DNA of 64,000 bases from Oscillospiraceae bacterium (GTDB taxonomy: Bacteria > Bacillota > Clostridia > Oscillospirales > Ruminococcaceae). Below the pieces are notes generated by a model. It worked only from the letters and a program-made list of their open reading frames with translations, did no database searches and had not been told where the DNA came from. The position numbers and the translations under genes are program-made. Of the stretch, positions 1-9,155 are shown one piece after another (the stretch's first letter is position 1; each line of letters opens with the position of its first letter). The stretch is taken from NCBI GenBank assembly GCA_017521325.1, contig JAFXCV010000061.1, positions 8,332-72,331 of the forward strand, read 5' to 3'.

Positions 1-2619
1 CTGACCTGCGATAAGCTGTCCGACCATTGCAATGTAATTAACATCATCAGCCGGTGAATAAACTCTTGTTGCATTTCCTGTAGCGTCACTTTCAATATAG
101 TTGATTGGCTTTTTCAGCGTCTGCCCGGATGACAGATAGGTGAATTCAAGGAGAGGTGCTCTGATATTCACAGACAATGCACTTGCACCATCGCTGATTT
201 TCATTTTGGCATTCTCACCTGCAAACAGATAGACATCCGGGAAAATCGGGTCTCCTGACTTTTTAAGATTCCATTCTGATTTCATTGAATTGAAGCCAAA
301 AGCCTGACCACCAGGTCTGGAGAAATTTCCTGTACTGAAATAAGTATCGTTGTACTTGCTTACATTACTGAATCCGGGTGTACCGTAGGCATCGCCTTCG
401 AACTGCTTGATGATATCGGTTGTCAGCATGGAAGCTACTGTCAGAAGATTCAGCTGACCATCCTTATCAATAAAGAAGTTTACTCTGCCACCATTGGATT
501 CATTGATGATAAGGCTGGCACCATTATTAATTGTCACATTGCCTCTGATGATGACATTAACCTGCTTACCATCTGCTTTAATGTAAAGGTTCTGTGCATC
601 ACCATTGGACGGATTGCTCCATGAACCATTACCATGGATGATACAAGATTGGGTAATCACAGCATCTCCGGTCTTGGTCTTCAGATCATTGTAGGATTTG
701 TATTCAGGCAACACATCTGCATTGAAGCCAAACTTTTCTTCAAAAGCATCAAGACTCTGTGGATAACCTTTCTCCACGTCGTTGAATCGTTTCGGATCAT
801 AATTATCTTGAACCTTCAGAATATTTTCACGAATCGTCGCTTTGTCAAAACCTTCGGGATAAATGGGCTGTTTGTAGACTGTGCTGATATCAAAGACATC
901 TTCGACTGTCTGCTGTCCCTCGGTCGCCTTCATTTGCATAAGCTTCATGTAGTTTGAATCATATTGCTCGACAGCTTGCTGCACAGTCGTACATTCAGGT
1001 GTTCCTTGGAACCAGTATGGACCCATCACTCCATTTACTTCCGCAATCTGGACATTCGCAGCAACATTCTTTTCCTTAACCTCCATACCTTCCTTTGTAT
1101 ATTCGGTATAGGAATAGTTATAGGAATAGGGCGGATTTGCGCTGACAGGCTCCAGCACCATGTTTTCAATCCACTTGGTTACCTTTACGCCTGACATTCC
1201 GGCTGTATCGTAGGGAGTGATTTCGCCGGTCTTATTTATTCCCTGTGAAAGCACATTGAACACAATAATTTCTTTATCGCAATCAATTTCGCCATAATTT
1301 GCAAGGTTTGCGGCATAAATTTTGCCATGAACCTTCAGTCTTGCGTTGCTTCCGATCGTCAGCGTATCGCCCACAACCAAATCGCCGTGAACAATCACAT
1401 TTTTTGCACATTCAAGATTCTTTGCAACACGGCAATCACCACCGATTTCCATTGCTGCATGGTTATCGTTTACTTGGAATCTCGCACTACCTGCAGTGTA
1501 AAAGCTACCAAAAGAATACTCTTTTTCCTTGTCTGCACCGGAAAAACTGATGTTTTTGGAAGTCCAATCAAAGAGCTGTGAACGCTTAACAGATGTGATG
1601 ACATTAGTTGCATCTTCATCGAATGCATAAATATCACCTGACATTGACAGACTCTCAAGTCCTTCAAGCTTGAGAGAACCGCAATACAAGTTTACGGGCT
1701 GTGCATTGTCATGCTTTCGATTTTTGGTATCCCATTTTACCTGCTGGCTATTCTGGAATACTCCGCCAACATATACACAAGGAATATCCTCATAAGGAAT
1801 CGGGGATTTATCATCCCATGCAAAAGCGGGGCAAAATTCCCACAACAAGTCATTACCGTATGACAGATTTCCGGTTACTGCCACATGGTTACCTTTTCTC
1901 AGGAAATAAAACGATCCTTTATTGTTGATCTCCAGATTTCCTCTGAAATAGGAATTAGTTTCGATCTTGTATGTGTTCTGAATTTTAAAATTCATTGAAG
2001 TATCATCCGGTGCGTCCAGACCGGCAGCTGTACCACCGGTAATGATACCGCCATCAGGCACGACAGCTGAACCCAATGAAACGAACGAGGCGCCTTTATC
2101 ACCATCATCTGTAGTATTGATAGGCTCATCAATCAGAAGTACACTGTATGTTGTATCTGCCATTGTTTTGCTGTTGATCGCTTCCAGATTATAGACTCTG
2201 CACTCCTTCCAGCCATACGGCTCACCTGTATCGGGATCAATGCTGTCATAATACTTAAATCTGGATTTCATCTGCGTGATTTTTACAGTCTCTTCAATCA
2301 TTTTGTTATCTGCATTAAGATTATCTGATCTTTGAACAGTGACGTCGAGACTTGCGCCCTCACCGGACAAACCAAATACCTTTGATTTAATACCGGTTTC
2401 CGTATTGTCATTATTAATTGCTGTGACAACTGAATCCAGAAGTGCTCTGGCTGTATATTCGGTCTGTTCCTTCTGGTAATTTTGATACGCTCTATTACTT
2501 GCCGTTGCAGCAAGTGCCAGGGTGCCCAACAGAATTACGATGAGCACCATAAGCACGGAAACGACAGTAAACAGGACAGTACCTTTCAGTTTTGTAGAAC
2601 TTACATTAACCTTCATCAT
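1..2619 (-). CDS. Large pilus-associated/secreted protein with a PilX-like N-terminal hydrophobic anchor (partial; C-terminus lies beyond the left edge)
   Basis: Hand translation of the minus strand. ATG at 2619 with AGGTGG RBS (2625-2630). The frame stays open for 873 codons to position 1; it is absent from the ORF track because there is no stop in the window. The N-terminus MMKVNVSSTKLKGTVLFTVVSVLMVLIVILLGTLALAATASNRAYQNY resembles the PilX_N segment of T4P minor/tip proteins. The gene lies directly downstream of the pilO-like gene. Confidence 0.7.
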   Translation of the reverse strand, partial: MMKVNVSSTKLKGTVLFTVVSVLMVLIVILLGTLALAATASNRAYQNYQKEQTEYTARALLDSVVTAINNDNTETGIKSKVFGLSGEGASLDVTVQRSDNLNADNKMIEETVKITQMKSRFKYYDSIDPDTGEPYGWKECRVYNLEAINSKTMADTTYSVLLIDEPINTTDDGDKGASFVSLGSAVVPDGGIITGGTAAGLDAPDDTSMNFKIQNTYKIETNSYFRGNLEINNKGSFYFLRKGNHVAVTGNLSYGNDLLWEFCPAFAWDDKSPIPYEDIPCVYVGGVFQNSQQVKWDTKNRKHDNAQPVNLYCGSLKLEGLESLSMSGDIYAFDEDATNVITSVKRSQLFDWTSKNISFSGADKEKEYSFGSFYTAGSARFQVNDNHAAMEIGGDCRVAKNLECAKNVIVHGDLVVGDTLTIGSNARLKVHGKIYAANLANYGEIDCDKEIIVFNVLSQGINKTGEITPYDTAGMSGVKVTKWIENMVLEPVSANPPYSYNYSYTEYTKEGMEVKEKNVAANVQIAEVNGVMGPYWFQGTPECTTVQQAVEQYDSNYMKLMQMKATEGQQTVEDVFDISTVYKQPIYPEGFDKATIRENILKVQDNYDPKRFNDVEKGYPQSLDAFEEKFGFNADVLPEYKSYNDLKTKTGDAVITQSCIIHGNGSWSNPSNGDAQNLYIKADGKQVNVIIRGNVTINNGASLIINESNGGRVNFFIDKDGQLNLLTVASMLTTDIIKQFEGDAYGTPGFSNVSKYNDTYFSTGNFSRPGGQAFGFNSMKSEWNLKKSGDPIFPDVYLFAGENAKMKISDGASALSVNIRAPLLEFTYLSSGQTLKKPINYIESDATGNATRVYSPADDVNYIAMVGQLIAGQ

Positions 2620-2668
2620 CCTTACCACCTTTCCGATGAAGTTTCTGAATTACCTTCCTCTTTTTTGT

Positions 2669-3460
2669 TTACTTGCCAAGATTGGGCTGGTCAACCTCCT
2701 TAGCGCTGAAGAATCTGATGTTAAGGAGCATAATGGATGTACCTTCTTCAAGATTCTCGCCCGGCATCGGATCGCCGTATTCATCAAGTTCAAGTCCATC
2801 GGTGAACTGATAGTTTTCAACTGCTACTTCATTCACCAGAATTGCGTTCTTGTCAGAGTCGATGCCTTCAAGGAATTTCATCAGGCTCTCCTTTGTTCCG
2901 TTAACAGTCATCTCTACATCAACAGTTTGCAGCTCAGCTGTTTCACGGGTTTCAAGGACAATACCACTCTTGAGGACCTCAGCTACTTCCTTAGCATAAT
3001 TGCCGTTTACGTCAGCAGCTTCGAGCAGAGAATACGTCAGCACATTGGGAATATGATAGTAGTATTCAATTTTCTGGGCGCTTACATCATCCAGCTTCAT
3101 GGATGTGATTTCAACATTGCTTGCATCAACTGCAGGCTGAATGTACTGGTCCAGCTCATATGCGGTATGGTCGTGTGCATAATCTGCATTTGCAGATGTG
3201 AATGCAGTGTTGATAAAGATCTTTGCAGTATCCTTGGATTCGTTATAAATCTCTGTGATCTTGTTCTTATAGGTCGGGATCGCATCAATCTCACGCTTGA
3301 TACCGGTCCATGTTTCCTGTGTCTTTACATAGGCTGCCTTGTTTGCCTTCATATCGTCATACTTCGGCTTGATCAGTGCAAAAAATCCACCAACCAGGAT
3401 GACGATTACACCAACTACAAGCAGCACCATTTTATCTCTATAGCTCATTTCCATTTTCAT
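2669..3460 (-). CDS. pilO: PilO-like type IV pilus assembly protein (263 aa, bitopic)
   Basis: Short N-terminus, one TM (MVLLVVGVIVILVGGFFALI), then a coiled-coil-like segment and a globular domain. It follows the pilMN gene on the same strand. Confidence 0.6.
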   Translation of the reverse strand: MKMEMSYRDKMVLLVVGVIVILVGGFFALIKPKYDDMKANKAAYVKTQETWTGIKREIDAIPTYKNKITEIYNESKDTAKIFINTAFTSANADYAHDHTAYELDQYIQPAVDASNVEITSMKLDDVSAQKIEYYYHIPNVLTYSLLEAADVNGNYAKEVAEVLKSGIVLETRETAELQTVDVEMTVNGTKESLMKFLEGIDSDKNAILVNEVAVENYQFTDGLELDEYGDPMPGENLEEGTSIMLLNIRFFSAKEVDQPNLGK

Positions 3461-3475
3461 ATCTCATCATCCTCC

Positions 3476-5125
3476 TTACTCAGCAGATTCTTCTTTCTTT
3501 ACTTCCAGATTCGGATCCTGGTCACTCTCCAAAGAGAACTGCAGCTCAAATGTTACATAGTTAACTACATCGTCCTCTCCTACGCCCTCAATCACCTTGC
3601 CGTTGGGAGTAAGACGTCTGCCTGCATCATCTGTTTCAGCTTCAGAAACATCATAGCCTTCATACTTTACATATGTAAACATTCCCTGCTCATAAAGATG
3701 CTTTACAAGAGCAGCAGGATACTTCTGAGAGAACTGATCTGCGGTACGGATCTGTACCGGAACAGAGATAATGCCGTTTTCATAAACGAACTGCTCGATC
3801 TCCACATCTGCGGAGTCAACAACCTTACCCATAACATCTTCGATGGACTTGTCAATTACATCGAAGCACTCACGAGTCAGAACGGGCTGGGACTTGTAAG
3901 CCTCACTGGAATTCGTAATCAAAGTGTTGTAGGTAGCAACCTTTTCACGAAGCACCTTGAGATCCTGATACTGCTGACGCAGTGCAGCGGTCTCGGGGCT
4001 GTCGATCTTTGCCTGCAGTGCCTTATTATCTGATACAACCTTTGCATTCATCAGAGAAAGCACACCATAAGTACCGAGAACTGCAACCAGGCTGACAAGA
4101 AGACCTACAATCAGAAGAGCGGTACCGCCGGACTGGCTGTTCTTCTTTCTGATCATCGCACTTACAGAGCCGTCAGCTTCGAGCAGGTTAACGTGCTCAG
4201 TAACCTTGTTACGCTTGAACATTGCACCAACAGCATTGGCATATACAGAGAACTCAAGGTTCTGATAGCCATGGATCTGCGGAGGTACGTTCAGCTGGCT
4301 TACGGAAATATCATTGTTTGCCATCTCGTCAACCAGACGGTTATAGAGATTGGGGGATACAGTGATGTCACCATAGAATACTACGTTGTCGATCGAATCG
4401 CCGCCACGGCTTCTTGCGAACTGCAGCATACGGAAGATGTTCTCGTTGACTGCTTCAAATACATAGTCATCCGGATCGTCATAGTCATCGGGATCGATGG
4501 ATGCGAAACGGGAGAAGGACAGCTGGTTATTCTCATACAGGTTCAAGCTGATGAAGTTGCTGTCGATCTGTACAGCCAGCAGGGGCATCAGGCTCTTTAC
4601 CTTTACGTCAGCCAGCAGAACCTTTGTGATCGCATTACAGCCGATCATGACGGTCTTCAGACTGATACCCATCATGCTGAACACACGCTTGTAGCAGTCT
4701 ACTACATCGTACGGACAAGCAGTTGCCAGAACCTTCTGCATTCTCTCGCCTGTTTCTGTTTCCTCAGGATCACCCACTACGAGGTAACCTACGGAATAGG
4801 AATCGTCGATGTTGATCTGCATCTGCAGTTCATGACGGATATTCTTCATGAACTCGCTCTCCTTTGCTGTAGGAGAAATGAGCAGTTCCTTGAAGACTGT
4901 CTGGTTAGAGGAAATACTTACGATTGCCTCCTTATCAAACATATTATTCTGCTTGAGCACCTGGTTGATCATCATTGCAACACGGTTGATGTCGTTCACA
5001 TGTCCGTTTACAATAATTGCTTCGTCCAGATTCAGAGTAGCGGCTGCACTGATCTTGATCTTGCCGTTGCTCTCTGTACCCTTGATGATTCGTATATTTC
5101 TATCGGTAATATCAAATGAAAGCAT
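3476..5125 (-). CDS. pilM: Type IV pilus assembly protein, PilM (actin-like ATPase fold) fused to a PilN-like TM and periplasmic domain
   Basis: The N-terminus MLSFDITDRNIRIIKG...AIVSISSNQTVFKELLISP fits the PilM pattern. A central TM (ALLIVGLLVSLVAVLGTYGVLSL) is followed by a PilN-like coiled-coil and domain. 549 aa. Confidence 0.85.
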   Translation of the reverse strand: MLSFDITDRNIRIIKGTESNGKIKISAAATLNLDEAIIVNGHVNDINRVAMMINQVLKQNNMFDKEAIVSISSNQTVFKELLISPTAKESEFMKNIRHELQMQINIDDSYSVGYLVVGDPEETETGERMQKVLATACPYDVVDCYKRVFSMMGISLKTVMIGCNAITKVLLADVKVKSLMPLLAVQIDSNFISLNLYENNQLSFSRFASIDPDDYDDPDDYVFEAVNENIFRMLQFARSRGGDSIDNVVFYGDITVSPNLYNRLVDEMANNDISVSQLNVPPQIHGYQNLEFSVYANAVGAMFKRNKVTEHVNLLEADGSVSAMIRKKNSQSGGTALLIVGLLVSLVAVLGTYGVLSLMNAKVVSDNKALQAKIDSPETAALRQQYQDLKVLREKVATYNTLITNSSEAYKSQPVLTRECFDVIDKSIEDVMGKVVDSADVEIEQFVYENGIISVPVQIRTADQFSQKYPAALVKHLYEQGMFTYVKYEGYDVSEAETDDAGRRLTPNGKVIEGVGEDDVVNYVTFELQFSLESDQDPNLEVKKEESAE

Positions 5126-5153
5126 TTACTTTTCCACCTCTCGTTTGTTAAGT

Positions 5154-6350
5154 TTACGCTGCGATAGCGTCGAAGGAGTCATACATCGCAGGAAGAACGG
5201 CTGCAACAACCAGACCTACTGCAATACCCATGATGATGATCATAAGAGGCTCAAGCAGGCTTACCAGACGGCTTACTGCGGAGTCAGCTTCTTCATCATA
5301 GTAGTCGGACGTTTTGGTAAGGATGGTATCAAGTGCACCGGCTTCCTCACCGACATAGATAATGGAGCAGAACATGGAGTCGAAGATCTCTGTTCTCTGA
5401 ATGGAAGCAGAGAGGGTTTCGCCCTGTTTTACTTCATCAACAACATTTACGAAGCACTGGTCAATGTATCTGTTGCCCAGAATTGCAGAGGATCTCTGCA
5501 GGCACTCTACCATCGGAATACCGCTGGAGTACAGAGAGGACAGTGTTCTTGCGAAACGTGCTGTGTAGATCTTGACAACCAGAGGACCAAAGCCAGGTCC
5601 CTTGATGATGAACTTATCCCACTTGAGTCTTGTCTGCGGAATCTTCAGCAGATAAATCGCACCAACAACAACAGCGACAACCACACCGAGATAAACGAAC
5701 CAGTAGTTAACCAGTGAATCACTGAAGCCCATCATGACTCTTGTCAGCGCCGGCATCTGTGATTCATCCTCGAAGAGGTTTGCAAACGTCGGCATGATGA
5801 ATGTAAACATACCGATTACAATCGCAATACAGAGAACCAACAGAATGATCGGGTAGGTCAATGCGCCCTTGATCGTGTTGTTCATCTTGTTTTCCTTTGC
5901 GTAATGGTCGCTCATTCTCTGCATGATGACATCCAGAGAACCACTCGACTCACCTGCCGCTACCATGGAAATCAGAAATTCGGGAAATACGCCCTTGTAC
6001 ATTTCCAGAGAGGACGAGAAGGATTCACCCTTCTGTACGTTCTCGTAAACGCTCTGCCAGATCGCTCTGGATGTTTCGTTGGGCTGTTCCTTACTCAGAA
6101 TGTCCAGAGCCTTTACCAGTGTAAGGCCGGACGTCAGCATCGCTGCCAACTGACGACAGTTAAATGCCAGCTCCTTGGTCTTGAACTTCTTCGTTGTCTT
6201 TTTTGCGCCGATTTCATTTTCCTCGTAACTGATGAGAATATAGCCCTTTTCTCTGAGCTTGGCGTTGAACTCTCTCTCATCTTCTGCGTTGATCGTGCCT
6301 TTCACCTGCTTGTCAGCGGCAGTTTTCGCAACGTAGGAAAAACTCTTCAT
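5154..6350 (-). CDS. pilC: Type IV pilus / type II secretion platform protein (GspF/PilC family)
   Basis: 398 aa with duplicated T2SSF-type architecture and three TM segments. RBS GGAGGTGG lies upstream of the ATG at 6350. Confidence 0.9.
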   Translation of the reverse strand: MKSFSYVAKTAADKQVKGTINAEDEREFNAKLREKGYILISYEENEIGAKKTTKKFKTKELAFNCRQLAAMLTSGLTLVKALDILSKEQPNETSRAIWQSVYENVQKGESFSSSLEMYKGVFPEFLISMVAAGESSGSLDVIMQRMSDHYAKENKMNNTIKGALTYPIILLVLCIAIVIGMFTFIMPTFANLFEDESQMPALTRVMMGFSDSLVNYWFVYLGVVVAVVVGAIYLLKIPQTRLKWDKFIIKGPGFGPLVVKIYTARFARTLSSLYSSGIPMVECLQRSSAILGNRYIDQCFVNVVDEVKQGETLSASIQRTEIFDSMFCSIIYVGEEAGALDTILTKTSDYYDEEADSAVSRLVSLLEPLMIIIMGIAVGLVVAAVLPAMYDSFDAIAA

Positions 6351-6419
6351 TCGACCACCTCCAATGATTTTTGTGTTAGTATTGATGAGTATATTACAGC
6401 ATAATACTCCAGTATCATA

Positions 6420-6448
6420 ATTATACCATTTGCACTTTAAAATTGCAA
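6420..6448 (-). promoter_or_regulatory. Sigma-A-type promoter for the pilC operon (TTGCAA-17-TATAAT with TG extension)
   Basis: -35 at 6443-6448 and -10 at 6420-6425 on the minus strand, with a 17-nt spacer, about 70 nt upstream of the pilC ATG. Confidence 0.45.
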
Positions 6449-6785
6449 CTGTATTTTTTCATAAATCCACCGTTTTTTTTTAGAACTATTCACTAAATCC
6501 ACGCTCTTTATCTACAAATAGTATTTTTGGAAGAAAAAATAAAATAAAATTAAAGCGATTTTATTATTATTGTTAACTCATTTAACTGAAAATGCATGAA
6601 AGACACGTTTTTCTTTGTACATGTTAGACAAAATGAAAATTTAATATTAACAAGTCATTGTATTTTTTTGGCGTATCCATCTGCATAACTTGCCGGCTTT
6701 TTTCATATGGCAGTGGGATATACCTATTATAATATATATAAGCAAATTGGCAGAGCACAAAATTACAGGAACAAACAAAAAATAC

Positions 6786-6814
6786 TGGACAAACAGGAAA
6801 TTTCGTGCTATAAT
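6786..6814 (+). promoter_or_regulatory. Sigma-A-type promoter for the panT-coaX-coaX-coaBC cluster (TGGACA-17-TATAAT, extended -10 TGc)
   Basis: Hexamers at 6786-6791 and 6809-6814 with a 17-nt spacer. Confidence 0.45.
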
Positions 6815-6885
6815 AAAAAAGCAGCATTGTAACGTTTTACAGTTTCAATGTGCTAACACATATAAATATTAAGGGGTTGGTTTTT

Positions 6886-7539
6886 TTGAAAAGCAATGAT
6901 AAAATGAAGGATCTCGTATTAACGGCGATGTTTACGGCAATCATCTTTGTACTGGCATTTGTACCGTATCTCGGCTACATTCCGCTGGGCGTGATCAACG
7001 CTACGACCATTCACATCCCCGTTATCATCGGGGCAATCTTCCTCGGTCCGAAAAAGGGTGCATTCCTTGGTGCAATGTTCGGCGTCACAAGCCTTTTGAA
7101 CAATACCTTTAAGGGCGGTGTTACAGCGTTTGTTTTTTCTCCGTTCTACTCCGCAGGCATGGAGGGCAATCCGTTTCTCTCATCGGTCAAGAGTCTGACG
7201 ATCTGTTTTGTTCCGAGAATTCTCATCGGCGTTGCGGCATACTATGTATTCCTCCTGCTCTATAAGCTCACCAAGGGCAAGAAGGCACCTGCGTATCTTG
7301 CAGGCGGTCTTGCAGGCTCCATGACCAATACCATTCTCGTTATGAACGGAATTTTCCTCCTGTTCGGTCAGTCCTACGCTACCGTAACCGGAAAGGATTA
7401 CAGCACGCTGTATTCCGCAATCATGGGCATCATCGGCATGAACGGTGTTCCCGAGGCAATTGTTGCCTGCCTGATCACGACAGCAATCTGTCCGATTCTG
7501 CGCAAGCTCAAGCCGCTGTACATCGAAAGAAAAGCATAA
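6886..7539 (+). CDS. panT: ECF-transporter substrate-specific (S) component, probably pantothenate-specific (PanT-like)
   Basis: Multi-TM protein (IFVLAFVPYLGYIPLG...TIHIPVIIGAIFLGPKKG) typical of ECF S-components. It lies immediately upstream of the CoA genes. A TTG start at 6886 is favoured by the AAGGGG RBS at 6871-6876; ATG 6904 is the alternative. Confidence 0.7.
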   Translation: MKSNDKMKDLVLTAMFTAIIFVLAFVPYLGYIPLGVINATTIHIPVIIGAIFLGPKKGAFLGAMFGVTSLLNNTFKGGVTAFVFSPFYSAGMEGNPFLSSVKSLTICFVPRILIGVAAYYVFLLLYKLTKGKKAPAYLAGGLAGSMTNTILVMNGIFLLFGQSYATVTGKDYSTLYSAIMGIIGMNGVPEAIVACLITTAICPILRKLKPLYIERKA

Positions 7540-7599
7540 GAAGCAAGGGCTCCTGCCATATGGCGTGAGCCCTTTCCAATCAATGAAAGGATTTTTTCT

Positions 7600-8382
7600 A
7601 TGATACTTGCAATCGACATCGGCAACTCCCATATCGTGCTTGGCTGTTTTGACAACAAGCGGATCGTGTTCACCGAACGTGTGGCAACAGATCTGAAGGA
7701 AACGGAGCTTGAATATGCCATCATTCTCAAGGCAGTGCTGGAACTGCACGGCACTTCTCCGCAGCAGCTGGAGGGGGCGGTTATTTCCTCTGTCGTGCCG
7801 CCGCTGGTTCCGGTTCTTTGTAATGCAATTGAAAAAATCTCTCCAAACATCCGTCCGCTTGTTGTGGATCACAGCATCCGCACGGGGCTTCCCATCCGTC
7901 TTGACCATCCCGAACAGGTCGGCTGCAACCTGATCGTTGACGCTGTCGGGGCATGTGCGGAATACGGCACTCCCGTCATTGTCATTGATTTCGGCACGGC
8001 AACAACGCTTTCTGTGATCGACAAGGAGGGCTGCTATATCGGCGGTGCAATCCTGCCCGGCGTGCAGGTGTCGCTCAATTCCCTTGTTTCGGGAACGGCA
8101 CAGCTGCCCAACATCAGCCTGACAAATCCCTCACATGTACTTGCAAAAAACACCGTAGATTCCATGAAAAGCGGCGTTCTCTACGGAAATGCCGCCGCCA
8201 TTGACGGCATGATCGACCGCATTCAAAGCGAGCTTGGCTGTAACACGGCACTCGTTGCAGCGGGAGATCTGGCAGACAAGGTCATCCCCTGCTGCCGTCA
8301 CGAAATTAACGTTGACGAAACTCTGCCGCTGAAGGGTCTGCGGATCCTGTATGAGATGAACAAAGGGGGGCTTGCGGAATGA
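7600..8382 (+). CDS. Type III pantothenate kinase paralog with degenerate catalytic motifs
   Basis: CoaX fold (MILAIDIGNSHIV..., VIDFGTATT), but GNT is GNS, GxDR is GCNL (catalytic Asp changed to Asn) and the ADENOSINE motif TGG is AGD. Confidence 0.85.
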   Translation: MILAIDIGNSHIVLGCFDNKRIVFTERVATDLKETELEYAIILKAVLELHGTSPQQLEGAVISSVVPPLVPVLCNAIEKISPNIRPLVVDHSIRTGLPIRLDHPEQVGCNLIVDAVGACAEYGTPVIVIDFGTATTLSVIDKEGCYIGGAILPGVQVSLNSLVSGTAQLPNISLTNPSHVLAKNTVDSMKSGVLYGNAAAIDGMIDRIQSELGCNTALVAAGDLADKVIPCCRHEINVDETLPLKGLRILYEMNKGGLAE

Positions 8383-9155
8383 TTTTTGCAATTGACGTGG
8401 GCAACACCAACATTGTTCTCGGCTGCATCCAAAACGGAATAATTCTCTTTACCGAACGCATGGAAACCGACCTGCGCAGGACGGAGCTTGAATATGCCAT
8501 TGCATTCCGCAGTGTCATGGAACTGCATCACATTTCTCCTTCGCAGCTTGAGGGCGGCATCATTTCCTCGGTCGTGCCTCCGCTTGTAAACGTACTCCGA
8601 CAGGCGCTTGCAAAGCTTGCGGATATTGAAATGATGGTGGTCACACACGAACTGGAAACGGGTTTTTCGCTGAAAATGGACAATCCTGCCGCCGTTGGCA
8701 GCGACCTGATCGTGGACGCTGCGGCAGCACTGGAATTATACGGCGCACCTGTGACCGTCATCGACATGGGCACGGCAACCACACTTTCCGTGGTGGACAA
8801 AAGCGGCAGCTATGTAAGTACGATCATCATGCCGGGAGCAAGAATTTCGCTGGATTCTCTGGTTTCCGGAACGGCACAACTCCCGAAAATCGGGCTGAGC
8901 GTGCCGGAGCATGTCATCGGAACCAACACCGTAGACTGTATGCGCAGCGGTGTGCTTTACGGTTCAGCGGCGATGCTCGACGGGATGCTTGACCGCATTT
9001 TCGATGCGCTTGGCTATGAAACAAAGGTTGTGGCAACGGGCGGTCTTGCATATGCGGTGATTCCCCACTGCCGACATAGCATTGTTCTAAATGATGAACT
9101 TCTGCTGCAGGGACTGCAGCTGATCTACGAAAAGAACAGGAGGGAAAGAGCATGA
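8379..9155 (+). CDS. coaX: Type III pantothenate kinase
   Basis: MIFAIDVGNTNIV, VGSDLIVDAAAA, VIDMGTATT and VVATGGLA are all present. The ATGA start overlaps the upstream paralog's stop. Confidence 0.9.
   Translation: MIFAIDVGNTNIVLGCIQNGIILFTERMETDLRRTELEYAIAFRSVMELHHISPSQLEGGIISSVVPPLVNVLRQALAKLADIEMMVVTHELETGFSLKMDNPAAVGSDLIVDAAAALELYGAPVTVIDMGTATTLSVVDKSGSYVSTIIMPGARISLDSLVSGTAQLPKIGLSVPEHVIGTNTVDCMRSGVLYGSAAMLDGMLDRIFDALGYETKVVATGGLAYAVIPHCRHSIVLNDELLLQGLQLIYEKNRRERA

Noticed and set aside
2522-4033. 503-aa plus-strand ORF, and also 4193-5119 and 4848-5717 on the plus strand
   Set aside because: These lie antisense to the clearly recognisable pilO and pilMN genes. The translations are Cys/Ile/Leu-rich low-complexity sequence with no RBS or motif, so they are shadow ORFs.
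6351-6885. Search for a pilin, pilB or small ORF in the AT-rich gap between pilC and panT
   Set aside because: No ORF has a class III signal peptide or an RBS. The region is best explained as two divergent promoter regions.
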